Positions 13,795 through 26,778 of a stretch of 64,000 bases of DNA are shown here, piece after piece. How positions within the stretch are numbered: position 1 is the stretch's first letter; the number at the start of each line of letters is the position of its first letter. The notes below the pieces were generated by a model. That model worked only from the letters and a program-made list of their open reading frames with translations, searched no databases and was not told the DNA's origin. A program made the translations under genes and the position numbers. The stretch comes from Phoronis australis (taxonomy: Eukaryota > Animalia > Phoronida): NCBI GenBank assembly GCA_002633005.1, contig NMRA01000067.1, positions 991,747 through 1,055,746 of the forward strand, read 5' to 3'.

Positions 13795-16297
13795 GTGAGC
13801 TTGTTGATCTTTTGAGATACTCATATGCTAAGTCTGTATTGTATGATGCTTGAACTTTACTTTAAAATATCACCAAGTTTGGACAAAACTAAAATTGGCA
13901 GTTTTCCTTTTTTCTAACATAATTATTGTCTGGAGATAGCAGAGGTATAGATCTTTCAAAATGTTAAAACATTTGTTTTATGCTACATATATTTTGTGAA
14001 AATGCAAAAAAAATATGATTTCGCTTGTCGGCCATATATGCTGGTGCGATATTACTGCAAGAGTGCAATCATCAATCTCACTGGAACGTCAAGGACAATT
14101 CAGTCTGGCCATGTTGCATGAAACTGTTGGATCCTGTATAGTACCTTATTGGCCGCACAGCTTTAAAGTTTCCCTGTTTGTCTCCTCTGTGTCTAACACT
14201 GGTCATTGAGCTCTCAGTGCTATCTCTCCCCTACTGGGCTTCTGTGTGTCAATGGAAAGTAGACAGCATGCAGAGACCCCATGTGGTTATGACTTTTGTG
14301 TTCAACTTGGTATTTTACACAGTTCTCTGAGTGGAGAATCTTGGAGTTGGGATTTTCAATCAAGCATGACCTCTGCTTTTAAGTCCCTGGTGTGTGCATG
14401 TCTGTGAGTAAGTGCTAGTAGTCTGTCCTCATATGTTCACACTGATTCTTGATAAATCATTTTGCTGATAAGGTCTGTCTCTTGTAATGTTTGTTTTTCT
14501 TATTTATGGGACTGTTTCTGAAGTTTTCTAATAGAAGCAATGGCCTTGAAAAAAACTCAATCTAGCTTCTCAAGTTTCTACCCTGAAGGTCAACCATTAT
14601 GTAGTTTATCAACCTATGAAAGTGATAAAAGTGTAGCAGCTAATCTTTGGTTACAGTCCTCACACAGAGTGCGAGTCATTCTCAGATCACTGAGGGTTAG
14701 TTCCATAGAACGGGTGACCCCTGGAGCTGCCAGGCTGTGTGTGATTGTGACTCAGAGATACTACAGCACATACATTATATTAGCACCACCCCTCATTGAG
14801 AAAAATAGTTCGCATATCATGAAAATAGGGCAATAAAAAGTCCCTGGTCTCACTTGTTCAAACGTCTCTCTGCCTATATTGTGGCAAGTATGTGCATGTG
14901 GGGGGGGGGCACTTCCCATGATTTTTTCAAATAGACCAAAAAACTTTGATGGGTTTTAGCATTGGTCATGAGGATGTGGAACATGTGGTTTACAGTAGTA
15001 ATTTAGTAATTATGGTAACCGTCTGTGTGGCTGAAGATACAGTAATCATATTAAGTACTGTTGAAACTTACTCTGATAACATCAAGGGAAATTTAATTAA
15101 ATTTGTGTAACAGAGCCAAGTCTCCACTGAGCATCAAAAATGTGTATTTCACCTCATCAGGTTCAGTTCAGTTACACATGATAATTTTCAATTTCAAGTT
15201 GGCAAAGGAAGGAAACACCCTTCTCCTAAGCCTGTCTCTAGCGAAGTGCCCGACACATACAGTCGCGCCAGCATGCCCACGTAACAAAGGCGTACTGAGA
15301 CGCAACAAAGACATTAGCATAAGAATAACTGATCATTTGTTACTAAATAATAATAACAATAAGCGTAAAGTTACGAACGTCCCATCACATTTGTAACACT
15401 TTTGACACAATACACCAAAATATATTGTATAATGGGAACCCCCCCCCCCGTCAATGAACCTCTGGCAGTGTTTATTAGGATTAGATTAAATAGGTTAACT
15501 TTGGAAGTGGTCTGAGTTGACCTAATTGTCAACTGACTCTGGGTGGTTGTTCTTTTGTTGTCCGTGATGATACCTTGTCGTCGAATCAAAAATTTCTAAT
15601 TTCTACTGTCAGTCTTCTTTTGCTTCCCTGTTAACTTCTGGTTTTCTAGTGGGAATTGGCATTAACATGTTGACAATGGACAATCGAGCAAATTTTTTCA
15701 CTAACCTCAAAAAGAAAGATGATTTTCACATGACTAGTGCATCTGGTGTGTTGTCAAACAATAAAGTTGAACCTCACTGATGCTGGATCCAGATCAAGTT
15801 TTATTAGCCATATTAGCTGTGTGTGTGTTTGACTAACTTATGATTACCATATTATTATTGACCCAGATGTTGGTTGGTCATTTGACAGTAGTGTTCACTT
15901 GTTTTAAACTGTGACACATCTCAGTAATGTTTATTACTTAATGACAGACTATATAGTATTATAGCATAATCTGTCTCTTGGATGCGGGGGAGGTAATAGT
16001 CACTCACTTTGTCAGAACCACTTTACTGCACTGAATAACAAGCATGAGACTGGTTCTCGAAATGCGGGACCGGTGCCGTTGACTATTGCCGGATGTGGTG
16101 CGATTTTGGAAAAGTGTGGTGTCAACTCCAGGGTTTTTTTCATGTTGATGAGACTGTGTTGAGCAAGTGTTGATCTCTTCACTGGCCTTTATTTTATTTT
16201 GTTCCAACTCTATTGAAGGTTCACCTCTACTTTGATGTAAACGTGTGCATAGATTGTAATGTTCTGTTGTCTTCAGATCGCTGTATTTTGTTTCCAG

Positions 16298-16388
16298 TCG
16301 TAGCAGTGCCCACGATGAGGAAGTGAGACACCTTTATGAAGAGATGGAGAATCAGATAAAACTTGAAAAGGAGCGATTCAAACAAGAG
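16298..16388 (+). CDS. CRACR2A: CRACR2A-like exon 4 (coiled coil)
   Basis: Acceptor tttccag; RSSAHDEEVRHLYEEMENQIKLEKERFKQE; phase 2 to 0. Confidence 0.9.
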
Positions 16389-16765
16389 GTATATCTTGAA
16401 ATGTTATGATGAGGACTTCATTCCTCCTGAGTTATAACTACAGTTAGTGAAACTGGGCTATTGAGGTGAACATTATGTTTAAATATTGCATATAACTTTA
16501 AGAAAACAAGTTAAAATTCTGACTCTATCAGTTCATGTGGCGGTTCTCCAGTTAATTTGCACTGTAATTCCCAATAGTTAAGATTTGCAAAATAAACTGA
16601 ATATTCACAAGTTTAGGATGTTTTAAACAGTTTCGCTCGTATTTTCGTTTATAATTGATATTCTGGTTGATAACCTGACACTCTATATGAATCTGTAGTC
16701 TTAATAAGTTATGTAGTTATACAAAGTCTTCCAATTACAGTTTGGGTGTTATGTACTTTGTTTAG

Positions 16766-16861
16766 GAGAAGGTTAGAGAGCGCCAACTGAGGGCAGACAT
16801 GGAACAGGAACTGGCTGAGAAAGAGAGTCAACTGCAGGAGGTTATAAATAGACAGAGGGAG
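16766..16861 (+). CDS. CRACR2A: CRACR2A-like exon 5 (coiled coil)
   Basis: EKVRERQLRADMEQELAEKESQLQEVINRQRE; tttag acceptor, gtaggt donor; phase 0 to 0. Confidence 0.88.
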
Positions 16862-17105
16862 GTAGGTGGGTGGTAGGGGTGGTGGAGCTGTTGTAAAGGG
16901 TGACGGAACTGTTGTAGGAATTGTGGGACAGCTGTAGGGAGTGGTGGAGCTCTTGTAGGGACATTGGAGTTACTGTGTAAGGAGTGGTGGGGCAGCTGGA
17001 GGGGTGGTGAGGCTGCTGTAGGGATGGCGGGTCTGCTGTAGGGATGGCTGGGCTGCTGCAGGGGTGGCGCTGCTGCTGTTGGGGTGGAGGGCTCTTCTAG
17101 GTGTT
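16862..17105. repeat. Degenerate G-rich tandem repeat (about 21-bp unit) directly after the exon 5 donor
   Basis: Recurrent gctgttgtaggggtggtgga-like units. Confidence 0.8.
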
Positions 17106-17698
17106 GATGCACTGTTTAAACTTAAGGAAATTTAGAATGTAGACAGACAGCTGCATAAAAACACATAGAAAAATATGGAATACAGTCAACTGTGTACCAC
17201 AACTTTGCTGGTGAAGCTCACAGTTGAAGATATGTCCACGACTGGCAGTTTTGTTAGATTATTATTGATACTCTTCAAGTCGCAAATTGTGCAGCATTGA
17301 GGCATCCCCCTGGAGGACAGCTTGGAGTTACCAGCTGCCCAGTGAGGTAGATCATACATCAGCTGTCACTCCATTCTCTTGATGTTCAGGTGTCATTCAT
17401 TCAACAAAATATCAAACTGTAGTGTATAAATACTAAACACCTTGTCCGAAGTTTGGAAATTTGTGTTCACTCGGCCGTGTTTTAATTATTTTGGTTTGAT
17501 TAAGTCATTTTGCATACCAGTGAAAAACCCAGTAATTCCCATTTCCAACAATAATACATTCCGTCAACTTAATGTTTATTGTTTTTAGTAACTTTGCTGC
17601 CAAAGAGGGCTCGGTCTAAAAGTGAATGTTGCAAATTCAGTTGGAGCTAAATGCGTATTCAAGTTTGAGCATTCAGCTTTTTGAAGAGCAATTATGGT

Positions 17699-18130
17699 AA
17701 TAATGATAATGATAATAAACTTTATTTATAGAGGATAAAATACAATAGATATAAAACATGCTTTAGCCAAAGGCTAATGTACAGCATTGTCCTCTGCAGC
17801 AAAAATTAAATTAAATTAAATAAATTAAGATAGATATTGATAAATAAATTAAATTAATTTATATTAAATTAAACAGTATTTACGATTTGGATATACAGAT
17901 TGAATTAAAAATAAATAAATGAAAACTTATATGGTATATATGGAGTGACAAAAAGGAGGGACAGCTCTTACGACAACAGGTAACTAATGAGTTGGTGTCT
18001 GAAATCATCATAAGGGTCAGCCTCCTTTAGACTATTTGGAAAATTGTTCCACTGTTGAATGGCTTGAATAAAGAACGACTTAGAATAAAACAAACTTCTG
18101 GTTCCATGGTAATAAAATTTATTTATGACA
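17699..18130 (-). mobile_element. 5'-truncated LINE (CR1/L2-like) 3' end
   Basis: Minus-strand KSFFIQAIQQWNNFPNSLKEA...FRHQLISYLL resembles the SF...WNxLP...FK ORF2 C-terminus; followed by AATAAA and a (ttatca)n/(tta)n tail. Confidence 0.75.
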
Positions 18131-18951
18131 ATTTGGCAATACTTAAACATTTCGTTTATTGAACAACTGACTGATAGACAGTTGTGATAGTCTGACTGAT
18201 AGACAACCGTGATAGTCTTCTCAGCATTGGGTCCACTAACCATTCGCAGTCACTATAGCAACACATCTCCTTTATGTGCTGTTTACTAGCCTGGCAACGT
18301 GTTGCTGTGTGATGGCATTCCACTCCTGAGTCAGTAAGTGCCTTGAGTCAGCCACAGTGGTTGTGTTGGACACTCGTGCAAGTACATCTCGTCCGAGTTG
18401 GTCCCAATAAGGTTCAAGTTTGGGCTGCCTACGGGCCATTTCATTTGGAGCCAGAACACCAGATTTTCACATTTGAGGAAAGCTGCAAACGGGGCGCAAT
18501 TTACATAATTGTGATTCATACTGAGCCTGCTAACAGCAGGAATTCTATACTATCAATTACTCACAAATTTGGTTTTTACCCCTGGTTTTAATCACCAGCA
18601 CATCACTGGTGGTGTCATTTTTTCGCAGCAAAGTTACTAAGCATAACAAAAATTTATTGACAAAATATAGCATTGTTGGAAAAGGGAATGACTGAGCTTT
18701 CCATTGGCATGCAACATGATTTAAATAAACCAAAAGTAATGAAAACACGCACGAGTGAACACAAATTTCCAAACTTTTGTTGAGATGTTTTCTCTCGAAA
18801 CTATTTGGTTTGTGCACATCAGTTTAAATTCTGGCAGCTCATGAGGTCTTGTTAACATTACATGCTTTTTATTGGTGTTAATTTGTATTTTGGTCATTGT
18901 GTGCTTTCCATTTGCATTGTGATTTACGAAATTCAACAATTTCATTTTCAG

Positions 18952-19023
18952 CTGGAGCAGCGTCTTAGTAGGATGAACATGTCTGAAGCAGAGATCAAGC
19001 AAGAGAACGAACGACTTTTGAAG
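18952..19023 (+). CDS. CRACR2A: CRACR2A-like exon 6 (coiled coil)
   Basis: LEQRLSRMNMSEAEIKQENERLLK; ttttcag acceptor, gtatgt donor; phase 0 to 0. Confidence 0.88.
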
Positions 19024-19874
19024 GTATGTGACTGCCAGGTGTTTCATTAACATTGGAAGTAGGTGGCACCTGGCATTTTTTTGAAATCTCCTATTAGTGG
19101 CGATTGTGCTATCTCTGATGAACTGCTTGATTGATTCATGAATTTGCCATAAAGGCAAACGATGAAAACTACCCATGACTTCGAGATTCAGTGTTGTATC
19201 TGGTATTTATGATTACATGCAGATTCTGACAGTTGAAATACTTGGTGGCCAAATCTAAAACAAATATTTCATTTAGTACTAGCATCACTAATTTTTTTCA
19301 TTGTTACTTAAACTGTGTTGGGTTATTTACAATTTTTTGTTTATCCTTTTTTTCTTTAAGTCAAAATTATCGTTTGAAATGTACCTTGTCAGCAAATATT
19401 TCTAAATGAGATAAAATGTGTTAACATCTCCAGTTATAAATGTATATTCTAGAAACCCATGCTATTGTTTTGATGATTGTTCATTTTACGTTTATACAAA
19501 GCAGAACTTTCACTTATAAAAATAACATGACATCTGTTTTAAGCTGCTTCTTTCAGGGACATTGTCCGTTTAACGACTGAAAATGTCTTTTTGGATTGGA
19601 TGCGTTAGACTTGTTGAAGATATTAGCCTTGATCAAAACTATAAATTTACAACAAAATTCATGTCTTTTTTCATTTTGTTACAAATTGCAATTCTCTCCT
19701 TTTTCTGCCACGCATTTGCTGAAGGTTAGTGACGTTACCTCTTAAATACGCTTAAAATACTCTGCCATCTATCAAGTGGAGTTACCTCCACTAACAGCGT
19801 GTTAGACTGAGACAACAGAGATTGCTGATGCAGAGCTCAAAAACACACTTTTTTCTTTCTATTGACTTTTTTAG

Positions 19875-19990
19875 GATAAAACCGAGTTGCTGCAGCTGCT
19901 GGAGAATTCTCACGATGAGCTGGAGGAACAGAAATCTTACCTGGCAAATGTCAAGAAAATGACGAAGGAAGAGAGGCGGGACCGGGCACT
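19875..19990 (+). CDS. CRACR2A: CRACR2A-like exon 7 (coiled coil)
   Basis: DKTELLQLLENSHDELEEQKSYLANVKKMTKEERRDRA; phase 0 to 2; gtatgt donor. Confidence 0.86.
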
Positions 19991-20780
19991 GTATGTAACA
20001 CGTGTAGGGTGGGGCGTTATAATTTATATTATTTTGTGGAGTGTGAGTTGGGGTGCTGCAATTAACATTTGGGAGGAGCTGGGAGTGTCGTAACTAACCT
20101 TTTGAGGGCTTGTGTTGGAGTGCATTCTGTAGAGCAAGTTTCGCGCGAACGGCAAGTCAACTCTGGACTCAACTCATACGTTATAGCAAAATGTCCTTCG
20201 TTGAAATGATTGGAGCACGAATGTTGAATTATAGCAGATATGCCACTGCTTTTCCATTGGTGAAACTTTGTCACAAGTGCTCAGCGAGTATCTCGCGCCA
20301 ACGTCCCTGTTGACCACGTTATTAAACATGTCATGTCGAAGACCAGAAATTGTCAACACTTACATAATTAACGAATTTTCTGCTCTCAGATTGTGAAGTA
20401 ATCAATAAACTCCACATTACTTTTGGTATAGTCCTGTAAAACTATTGGCATTAATTTGACTTATTAAGAAACCCCAAAATTGTTCAAAACTCAGTTATGA
20501 CGAGTTATATTAATTTTCAGTCTCTAGAGGGTTCCATGTTGACGTCATTGTGTAACAAGAACTTCAAAACACAACCATTTGTATAAGCAAAGTCATAGTG
20601 CTCACCTCGTAGGTTAGAGGTTCCACTGTGGCAGTGTTCTCAGTACCTTGCAAAATTCTCAGTCACCCAAGTCTCAACATGAGGCGGTTACTAACATTTC
20701 TGCTCAACACTCCCTAAATTTAGATGAAACAGTATGCACTCTGTTGTTGCCATTTTTTTTTTAATTATGTTGGGCATTCA

Positions 20781-20832
20781 GACACACACACACGCACACG
20801 CACACACACACACACACACGCACACGCACACT

Positions 20833-20870
<38 letters not shown>

Positions 20871-20901
20871 TGCACACAAACGCACACAAACGCACACAAA
20901 C
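20781..20901. repeat. (CA)n microsatellite, imperfect
   Basis: Read directly. Confidence 0.97.
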
Positions 20902-21050
20902 ATGTAATATTTGAAACTATTCGTTTAAACCTCTAACACTAATTCAAAGCCTGAGAAGTGAGTCCTCCAATCTCGTGGCGTCTTGTTTTTGTCATGTTCC
21001 CAGATCCAGTCTCCATAGCTCTGTGTTATCTTCTATCTTTTGGTTCACAG

Positions 21051-21122
21051 CCAAGCTGTCCAGGTGACAACAGGGATTGCGTTAGAGAGAGAAACGCTTG
21101 TTAGGCAACTGGATCTTCTCAG
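21051..21122 (+). CDS. CRACR2A: CRACR2A-like exon 8
   Basis: QAVQVTTGIALERETLVRQLDLL; cacag acceptor; phase 2 to 2. Confidence 0.86.
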
Positions 21123-22170
21123 GTGTGTAAGCTGTCCTTCTACTTTGATATTATGATAGTTTTGTGAGTGGAAGGATACGCCAGTATCACAAATACAAAT
21201 ATATTAATCCTTTTGCACAGAGTTCCAACAATTCGACTTAAAACCTCTACTCTCATTTAGTGTGTTGGTGCTTTGACGGATTTGTGCTTGAATTTGAAAA
21301 AGGTCTGTGGTATAGTGGTGTTGATTGAGTGTGTATAATTATGTTCTGTCTAAAACAGTGCCATCTTGAGTTGAGGTGATTTAAACTCTTGCCGGATTTA
21401 ATCCTGTGTGTGTACCTTATGATTTGCCGTCTCTTGTAAACAACTGGTTCAAACATGAGTGTCAAGTTTATGTCTTGTCGCTTTAGTCTAGGCAGGTCTT
21501 ATCTCGACTGATAATGGACCCTACTGCAGAATACAATGTACCAATTTGAACTTGCTGAAACACAAAGCAAGTTCAGTTTTCAACCAATCAGAATGACTGA
21601 GCGCTATGACATAAACTATCTCATGTTACCTAATGAAAATCCTTGGTCCATCATCATTCAGCAGTCAAGAATCTTATTTCTCTATGTCTCTGTGTTAGGC
21701 TGTTTGGGTTTATTGCATTGTGTCATGTTAAAGCCTAACTTCAATGGAATTTTGTTATTTTAGATGTATTGGGATAACCAGATAGTCCTAGCAAAGCCTT
21801 AGTAAAATAAGAAAATGCGAGTTCAATCACGCAAATGTTAGCCAGTCAAATGATAGGAGAAGCTGCCTTTTCGTGCCATGTTGCGTCACCGCGAGATCCC
21901 AGCACAAACAACAAAAGGCCGATTAACAGTTGTATTGGGTAGGGGTCTGAATAGAACACCATTGCATGCAGGTGTTACTCGCAGCTGTTTGAATTTAAAG
22001 GTGATTCTCACGGTGACGTAGACAAAAGCAAGCCAATATTCCTAACAGTTCGTTACATTTGGCAATTTATGGCACTAGCTGGCTCTGAGCGATGCTCTTG
22101 ACATAATATAGGAGCCAAATTTACAGGTGTTACCGTTTAAGATAGGCTTTAATGAATGTTTTTCTTTTAG

Positions 22171-22222
22171 AGACATGAACAAGAAGTTAAGAGACGAGCA
22201 AGATATTGCAGAATCTCGAAAG
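22171..22222 (+). CDS. CRACR2A: CRACR2A-like exon 9
   Basis: RDMNKKLRDEQDIAESRK; ttttag acceptor, gtgagt donor; phase 2 to 0. Confidence 0.88.
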
Positions 22223-22547
22223 GTGAGTATCTACTTATCATTGCCATGGAGACTAGGTGCTTTGACGCTGGGATGGTTTAGTCTTCAAACACTGCTGCGC
22301 ATCAACGCTTTTGGTCTTTGTTGGAGAATAGTTTGAGAACACTCCAGGCAACAGGAAGGGTGGATGATGAAGAGTTAACTTTGTAGTAATTCAGGTCATT
22401 TTAAAACTGTTGGAGTTGTGTTTTTTGTGCAAGATACAGCGATTGTCAACGACGTAATCTAGTGTGTAAATGATAAATGTATGGCTTTATAAGTCAAAGT
22501 GACTGTCCATTCACCAAATCTAACTGCTAGCACTGTTTTCCCCCTAG

Positions 22548-22589
22548 TCTACGTCAGGTACCCCCAGGCCTGCACAGCGGAGGATACAG
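22548..22589 (+). CDS. Candidate 42-nt cassette exon 9b (STSGTPRPAQRRIQ)
   Basis: ctaac branch point, ttttcccccTAG acceptor, CAG|GTAGTG donor; symmetric phase 0-0 and in frame. Confidence 0.5.
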
Positions 22590-24874
22590 GTAGTGAAGTA
22601 ACAATGGATGCATCATGAAGTCAGAACTCACTCTTGCGCTCTTCTCGCTTTCTCTGCCAAGCGTTGGCTGAAAGTGTCACTTGGGTTGATTATTTTGCAT
22701 CTCCAAAATATTAAGGGAAGAATATCATGAGCACAAGTCAATGTTGCGCAATTTTTCCAACCTGTTCTATTTCTATCATAGGACATTGCCAAACTGTAGT
22801 GATGTCCGTTTGTGTAGTACCCATGTAACGTACACTCTCAATATTCATGGAACATTCAGGAGAGATTGCGAACAAGCCTGGGACAGTTAGACTTTAGCGA
22901 TAACCCTGGTGCGGGTCTGAGATCATGTGCAACCGTGACAGAAGTCTGGTCTCTCAATTTCTGATTACAAAGAACAATTTCCTTCATTGTCTAAAGCAAT
23001 CAAATGGACATTCTCTACACCTGAATTCTGATTCCCTTAAACTGAATTTTTAATTTCTGGGTTTTCAGTCACCAAGTTGGCGAGAATCATTAAATTTGAA
23101 GAAGAAAAAATTGTGAACGGGTGATATAGTTCTTTTTGTTATTTGCAACGGGGAGTTCTGAATTCATGCTATGCTACTAGATAATAACATGGTGCCGTTG
23201 AACGTTTGGTTTTGCTAATCAGTACACAGTAGTTTTGTAATTGCCTCCCCTGAACATGTGCTGTTTGCCTGTCTGTTAATCCCGCTCTTGTACTACAACA
23301 CCATTTAGTCAGATCTAACAATCTCCCTCATTGCATGCTCACTAGTGTACATGTAGTTTGTTTGTTGTTAATTCTAGCTACACAGATTAGCCAATATGAG
23401 TCAATGAATGAAACTTTCCTAAAAATCCTAAGGTGGTAAGTTGGAGTGACAAATCGTGTGTGCTAGTGCTGGTGTCTAAAGCAGGGTTTTTATCAAAACT
23501 TGCAGAAATTATTCACCTGTAGGATGGAAAAATTATATTCTTTGCTGGAATATGGGTGAATATGAAATTGTCAATTGTGCCATTTGTCATTTCCTTAAGG
23601 TATGGACTGTTTTGTGGTGATTTGGTTCCTATGGATACGTTCACACTGCTGCCTTTGCATCGATAACCAATCAATCAGAACATTTCCTCAGTCAAGAATA
23701 TTTATTGTGCTGAGTGATATACGAGCTGTTTTAAAGCTGAATCTTGCTCAATGTTGAATTCGTAACCTTAGAGTCTTCAGGTTTGCTTGCATTACCACTC
23801 ACATCTGACCTTGAATTGTTGGCGAATGAGTCAGAAACTCAAGTATGGGGTTGGTGAAGCCCAGTAAGCTGTGAAATGTTTCCTTAGTCGATGATTGTCT
23901 TGATGTTCTTGTTGGTATGGAGTATTATGAGATCGCTTATGCAGAGTAAAAGGCTTAATTCGATTTTCATTTTTAGCCAGATAAATAGTCCCAAAATGCG
24001 GCTTCAATTCCTGTCCTCTAATCATACCTATTCAATAGCCCAATTAATAGTAGATGATGAATACGAATCAAAGCATATTATTTGTTTAAGTGCAAGGTGT
24101 AAATCAAAATACCCAGCTTTGAGTTGCTATAGTAAAATGTAACGTAGTAAATATGAATGTTAGATTGTTGTGATGTTGTGTGCAGTTTGCGTTTTTAACA
24201 TGCTAATCCTGTGTCATGTCATGTTTTAGTTTGTGCTTGCGGTGCTGTGTTCTGCAGTTGAATTCATTGATTTAGTAATGATCCGTTTTTATGTAGCGCC
24301 CTCTGTTGGCCAAGTTGTTTCTCCCTCACTGAGAGAGCATGTTGTCCTTTTAATTGTTTGATTTTGCTTTTGTCAAAAGACAGGGCCCATGCTATCCTGA
24401 GAGGAAAAGTGCTTGCGCCTTCAGGAACTTATTGTTTGAGGGGAAAATCCCCCCTCCAGCACTGTGACCACCTTAAGTTTTTCATAAGTCATTCTAACCC
24501 TGAGGGGAATTTTTTAATCAGTGGAGTGGAATTTTGGCCCTGAAAGGGGGTAATTTCACAAGCGTTTTAAGTGTTTTTCATAGGGTATTGGGGCAGATAT
24601 GCTGCCCCAAAATTGAGCTACTAAGGGCCCTGGAAAACGCAATTCAAATTCTTAAATAAGACGATTTTAAGTGAACGCTGTTTTATAGTGGCCACCAATA
24701 TGCTTTGTGCATGTTGATTCATGTTGAACCTGTTGTGTCTTTGTTTAAATTTGTATTTTTGGCTTTTTAAACTCACAAACAAAAAGACCTGCTCATTTGA
24801 CACTACACAGACAATTTTACGCATTCATTTTCATAACTTAGGTGTAATTATGAGATCTGATTACAATGTTACAG

Positions 24875-24981
24875 ATTGATCAGGCAAGACAGAACTCCAG
24901 TGACCAGTCACGGCTCCCTCTCACTAAGCAAGGCTCTCTCCTCTCCAACTACTTCAGTCCAACCCTGTCTCAAAGCTCCAG
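24875..24981 (+). CDS. CRACR2A: CRACR2A-like exon 10
   Basis: IDQARQNSSDQSRLPLTKQGSLLSNYFSPTLSQSS; phase 0 to 2, which is needed to join exon 9 to exon 11. Confidence 0.75.
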
Positions 24982-25383
24982 GTACTCTTGCGCCCTCTAT
25001 TGTCTGTTTCACAAGAGGCTGATAGTCTCAACCTGTCTGTGCACGGTATCAGATGCACAGCCAAGTTGCAGTAAGGTGTCACCAATTTCAAACAAAACGA
25101 CACTGCACCATTTTCAAGAGCTTCTAACACTGTGGTGAATAATATCCACAGTTTTTTAAAACTTTTTCCAATGGTAGATGTGCTGCAAAACTTTGTGTTG
25201 TTTATGTGTCATGAAAAAATGACAAAAGGTTGTATTGTGTCCTAAATTGGTGAGATTTTACTGAAATTTACTTAATTATGACATGGCTGATTTCATTTAT
25301 CATAATTCACAATGGACTATTATATGATTGTGTGAGTGTCTTACTTCTGTATTTTCTTAGGGCAGTTTGTAGAAAAATGGGCA

Positions 25384-25470
25384 GATATAACATACCCACA
25401 TTTTGAGAACCAGTTGGTGCTTGTTATTCAGTGGAGAAAACTGGTTCTCAAAATGTGGGCACTTTATATC
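25384..25470. repeat. Short inverted repeat: perfect 21-bp stem (25395-25415 / 25439-25459), 23-nt loop
   Basis: cccacattttgagaaccagtt pairs with aactggttctcaaaatgtggg; outer gatataa / ttatatc extension. Confidence 0.9.
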
Positions 25471-26562
25471 GGACTATTACCAAAAAAGGTAACGTGTAAT
25501 AATGTTCTCAACTAAACCTTAAAGGAACTCACTTGACCCATGCAAACTTGTCTTATGATAGGAACCGATGGCTTAAAAATTATACATGTTTTTGGTTGGT
25601 TAAGCAGAATTGTGCCATGTTGAGGAAACATATTTTTCATACCAGAAGTATCAATCTGATGTCGTGCAAGATGTCAAAAACTGGCTGTTTGTACATTTGG
25701 TAGTAAAAACAATTTAATAACTTCTGTTGTATTACTGAAAGTGGAAAGAACATTATTTTGGGTGTGTGAAAGTGTAATTTGTGCAAATTATAGCGAGCTT
25801 GGATATTGTGCTTTTTTGAAGTTTTCAAAAAGAATGTGTGTTTACATGAAGAGTCTCTGTGTGAGTTGCTATATGTCAATTTTTGTTGTATTATCCCACC
25901 AATTCATACCTCCCTTGTGTCAGCCAGTACAGAGCTGTGTAAGTGACATACTGTTCACTACCAGTTATTGTCATCGCAATTCATTGACCTTTGACCTTAT
26001 TTTCCAAGGTTGGGCTCTAAGTGGTAGATCTAGACCAGGTAAACTAGATGTTATTAGCATGCTTCATAAGCAGTCATACACTGGCACGCACTCCATGCTT
26101 GTGTTCCCATGGAGACAATCTGTTGTCAACTAATGTTGTACACTCAGTTACTTTACTATTAGGAGAAAATTTTAAATCAATAACTACTCTTATTTGTTCA
26201 GTTATCAGTGTTTTAATGTCATCATTGTGATACTGTGTTGTTTGACCATCTTTGCACTTTTATGGTTAGTGTCAGCACAGAACGTTAATTTTGCATTATT
26301 TCACTGACGTTTGCTATTTCCTGTTTCTGTGTGTTGCTTTGACTTAAAAGTGAGCTGAGTTTCTTTTGTTTTAAATGGGAAATTTTGTTTTGATAATGTT
26401 GTGGTCAGTAAGGTTTCTGAATTTTGATTGATGAGCCTGGGTGGCAAAACTGGTTGATGTCTTCTCAGAAGCAAAATCCCAGGCAAGTCTTAACATTCTG
26501 ACAGTACTGACTTCATAAGGGTTGAAGTAAAAAGTAGTACTACACAATCTTATTCTATTCCA

Positions 26563-26778
26563 GGCTTGACTTTTCCCTGATCCACAGGGGGTAATAAAAC
26601 AATTATCTTCTCAGCCATTCCCATGAATCTTTTGTTTACTTACACAGTACAACTGTACAGTTGTGCTTACTAAGGTTCACAAAGAACTGCTTCCACTGTC
26701 CTTGCATTCAAAAGTCCTGTGAACAACCACCATTAATATTCTGTGCCACTGTGTGGACTTGTTACCCCCTCCAAGCCC
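26563..26778. mobile_element. Intronic MITE-like repeat family, copy 2 of 3
   Basis: Same core as 13215-13477. Confidence 0.65.

Noticed and set aside
16828-17112. Pro/His-rich minus-strand ORF
   Set aside because: Translation of the G-rich tandem repeat.
18721-19176. 151-aa minus-strand ORF
   Set aside because: Antisense to exon 6, with no protein-like features.
23378-23435. Possible extra exon before a GTAAGT donor
   Set aside because: One acceptor gives a stop and the other breaks phase with exon 10.
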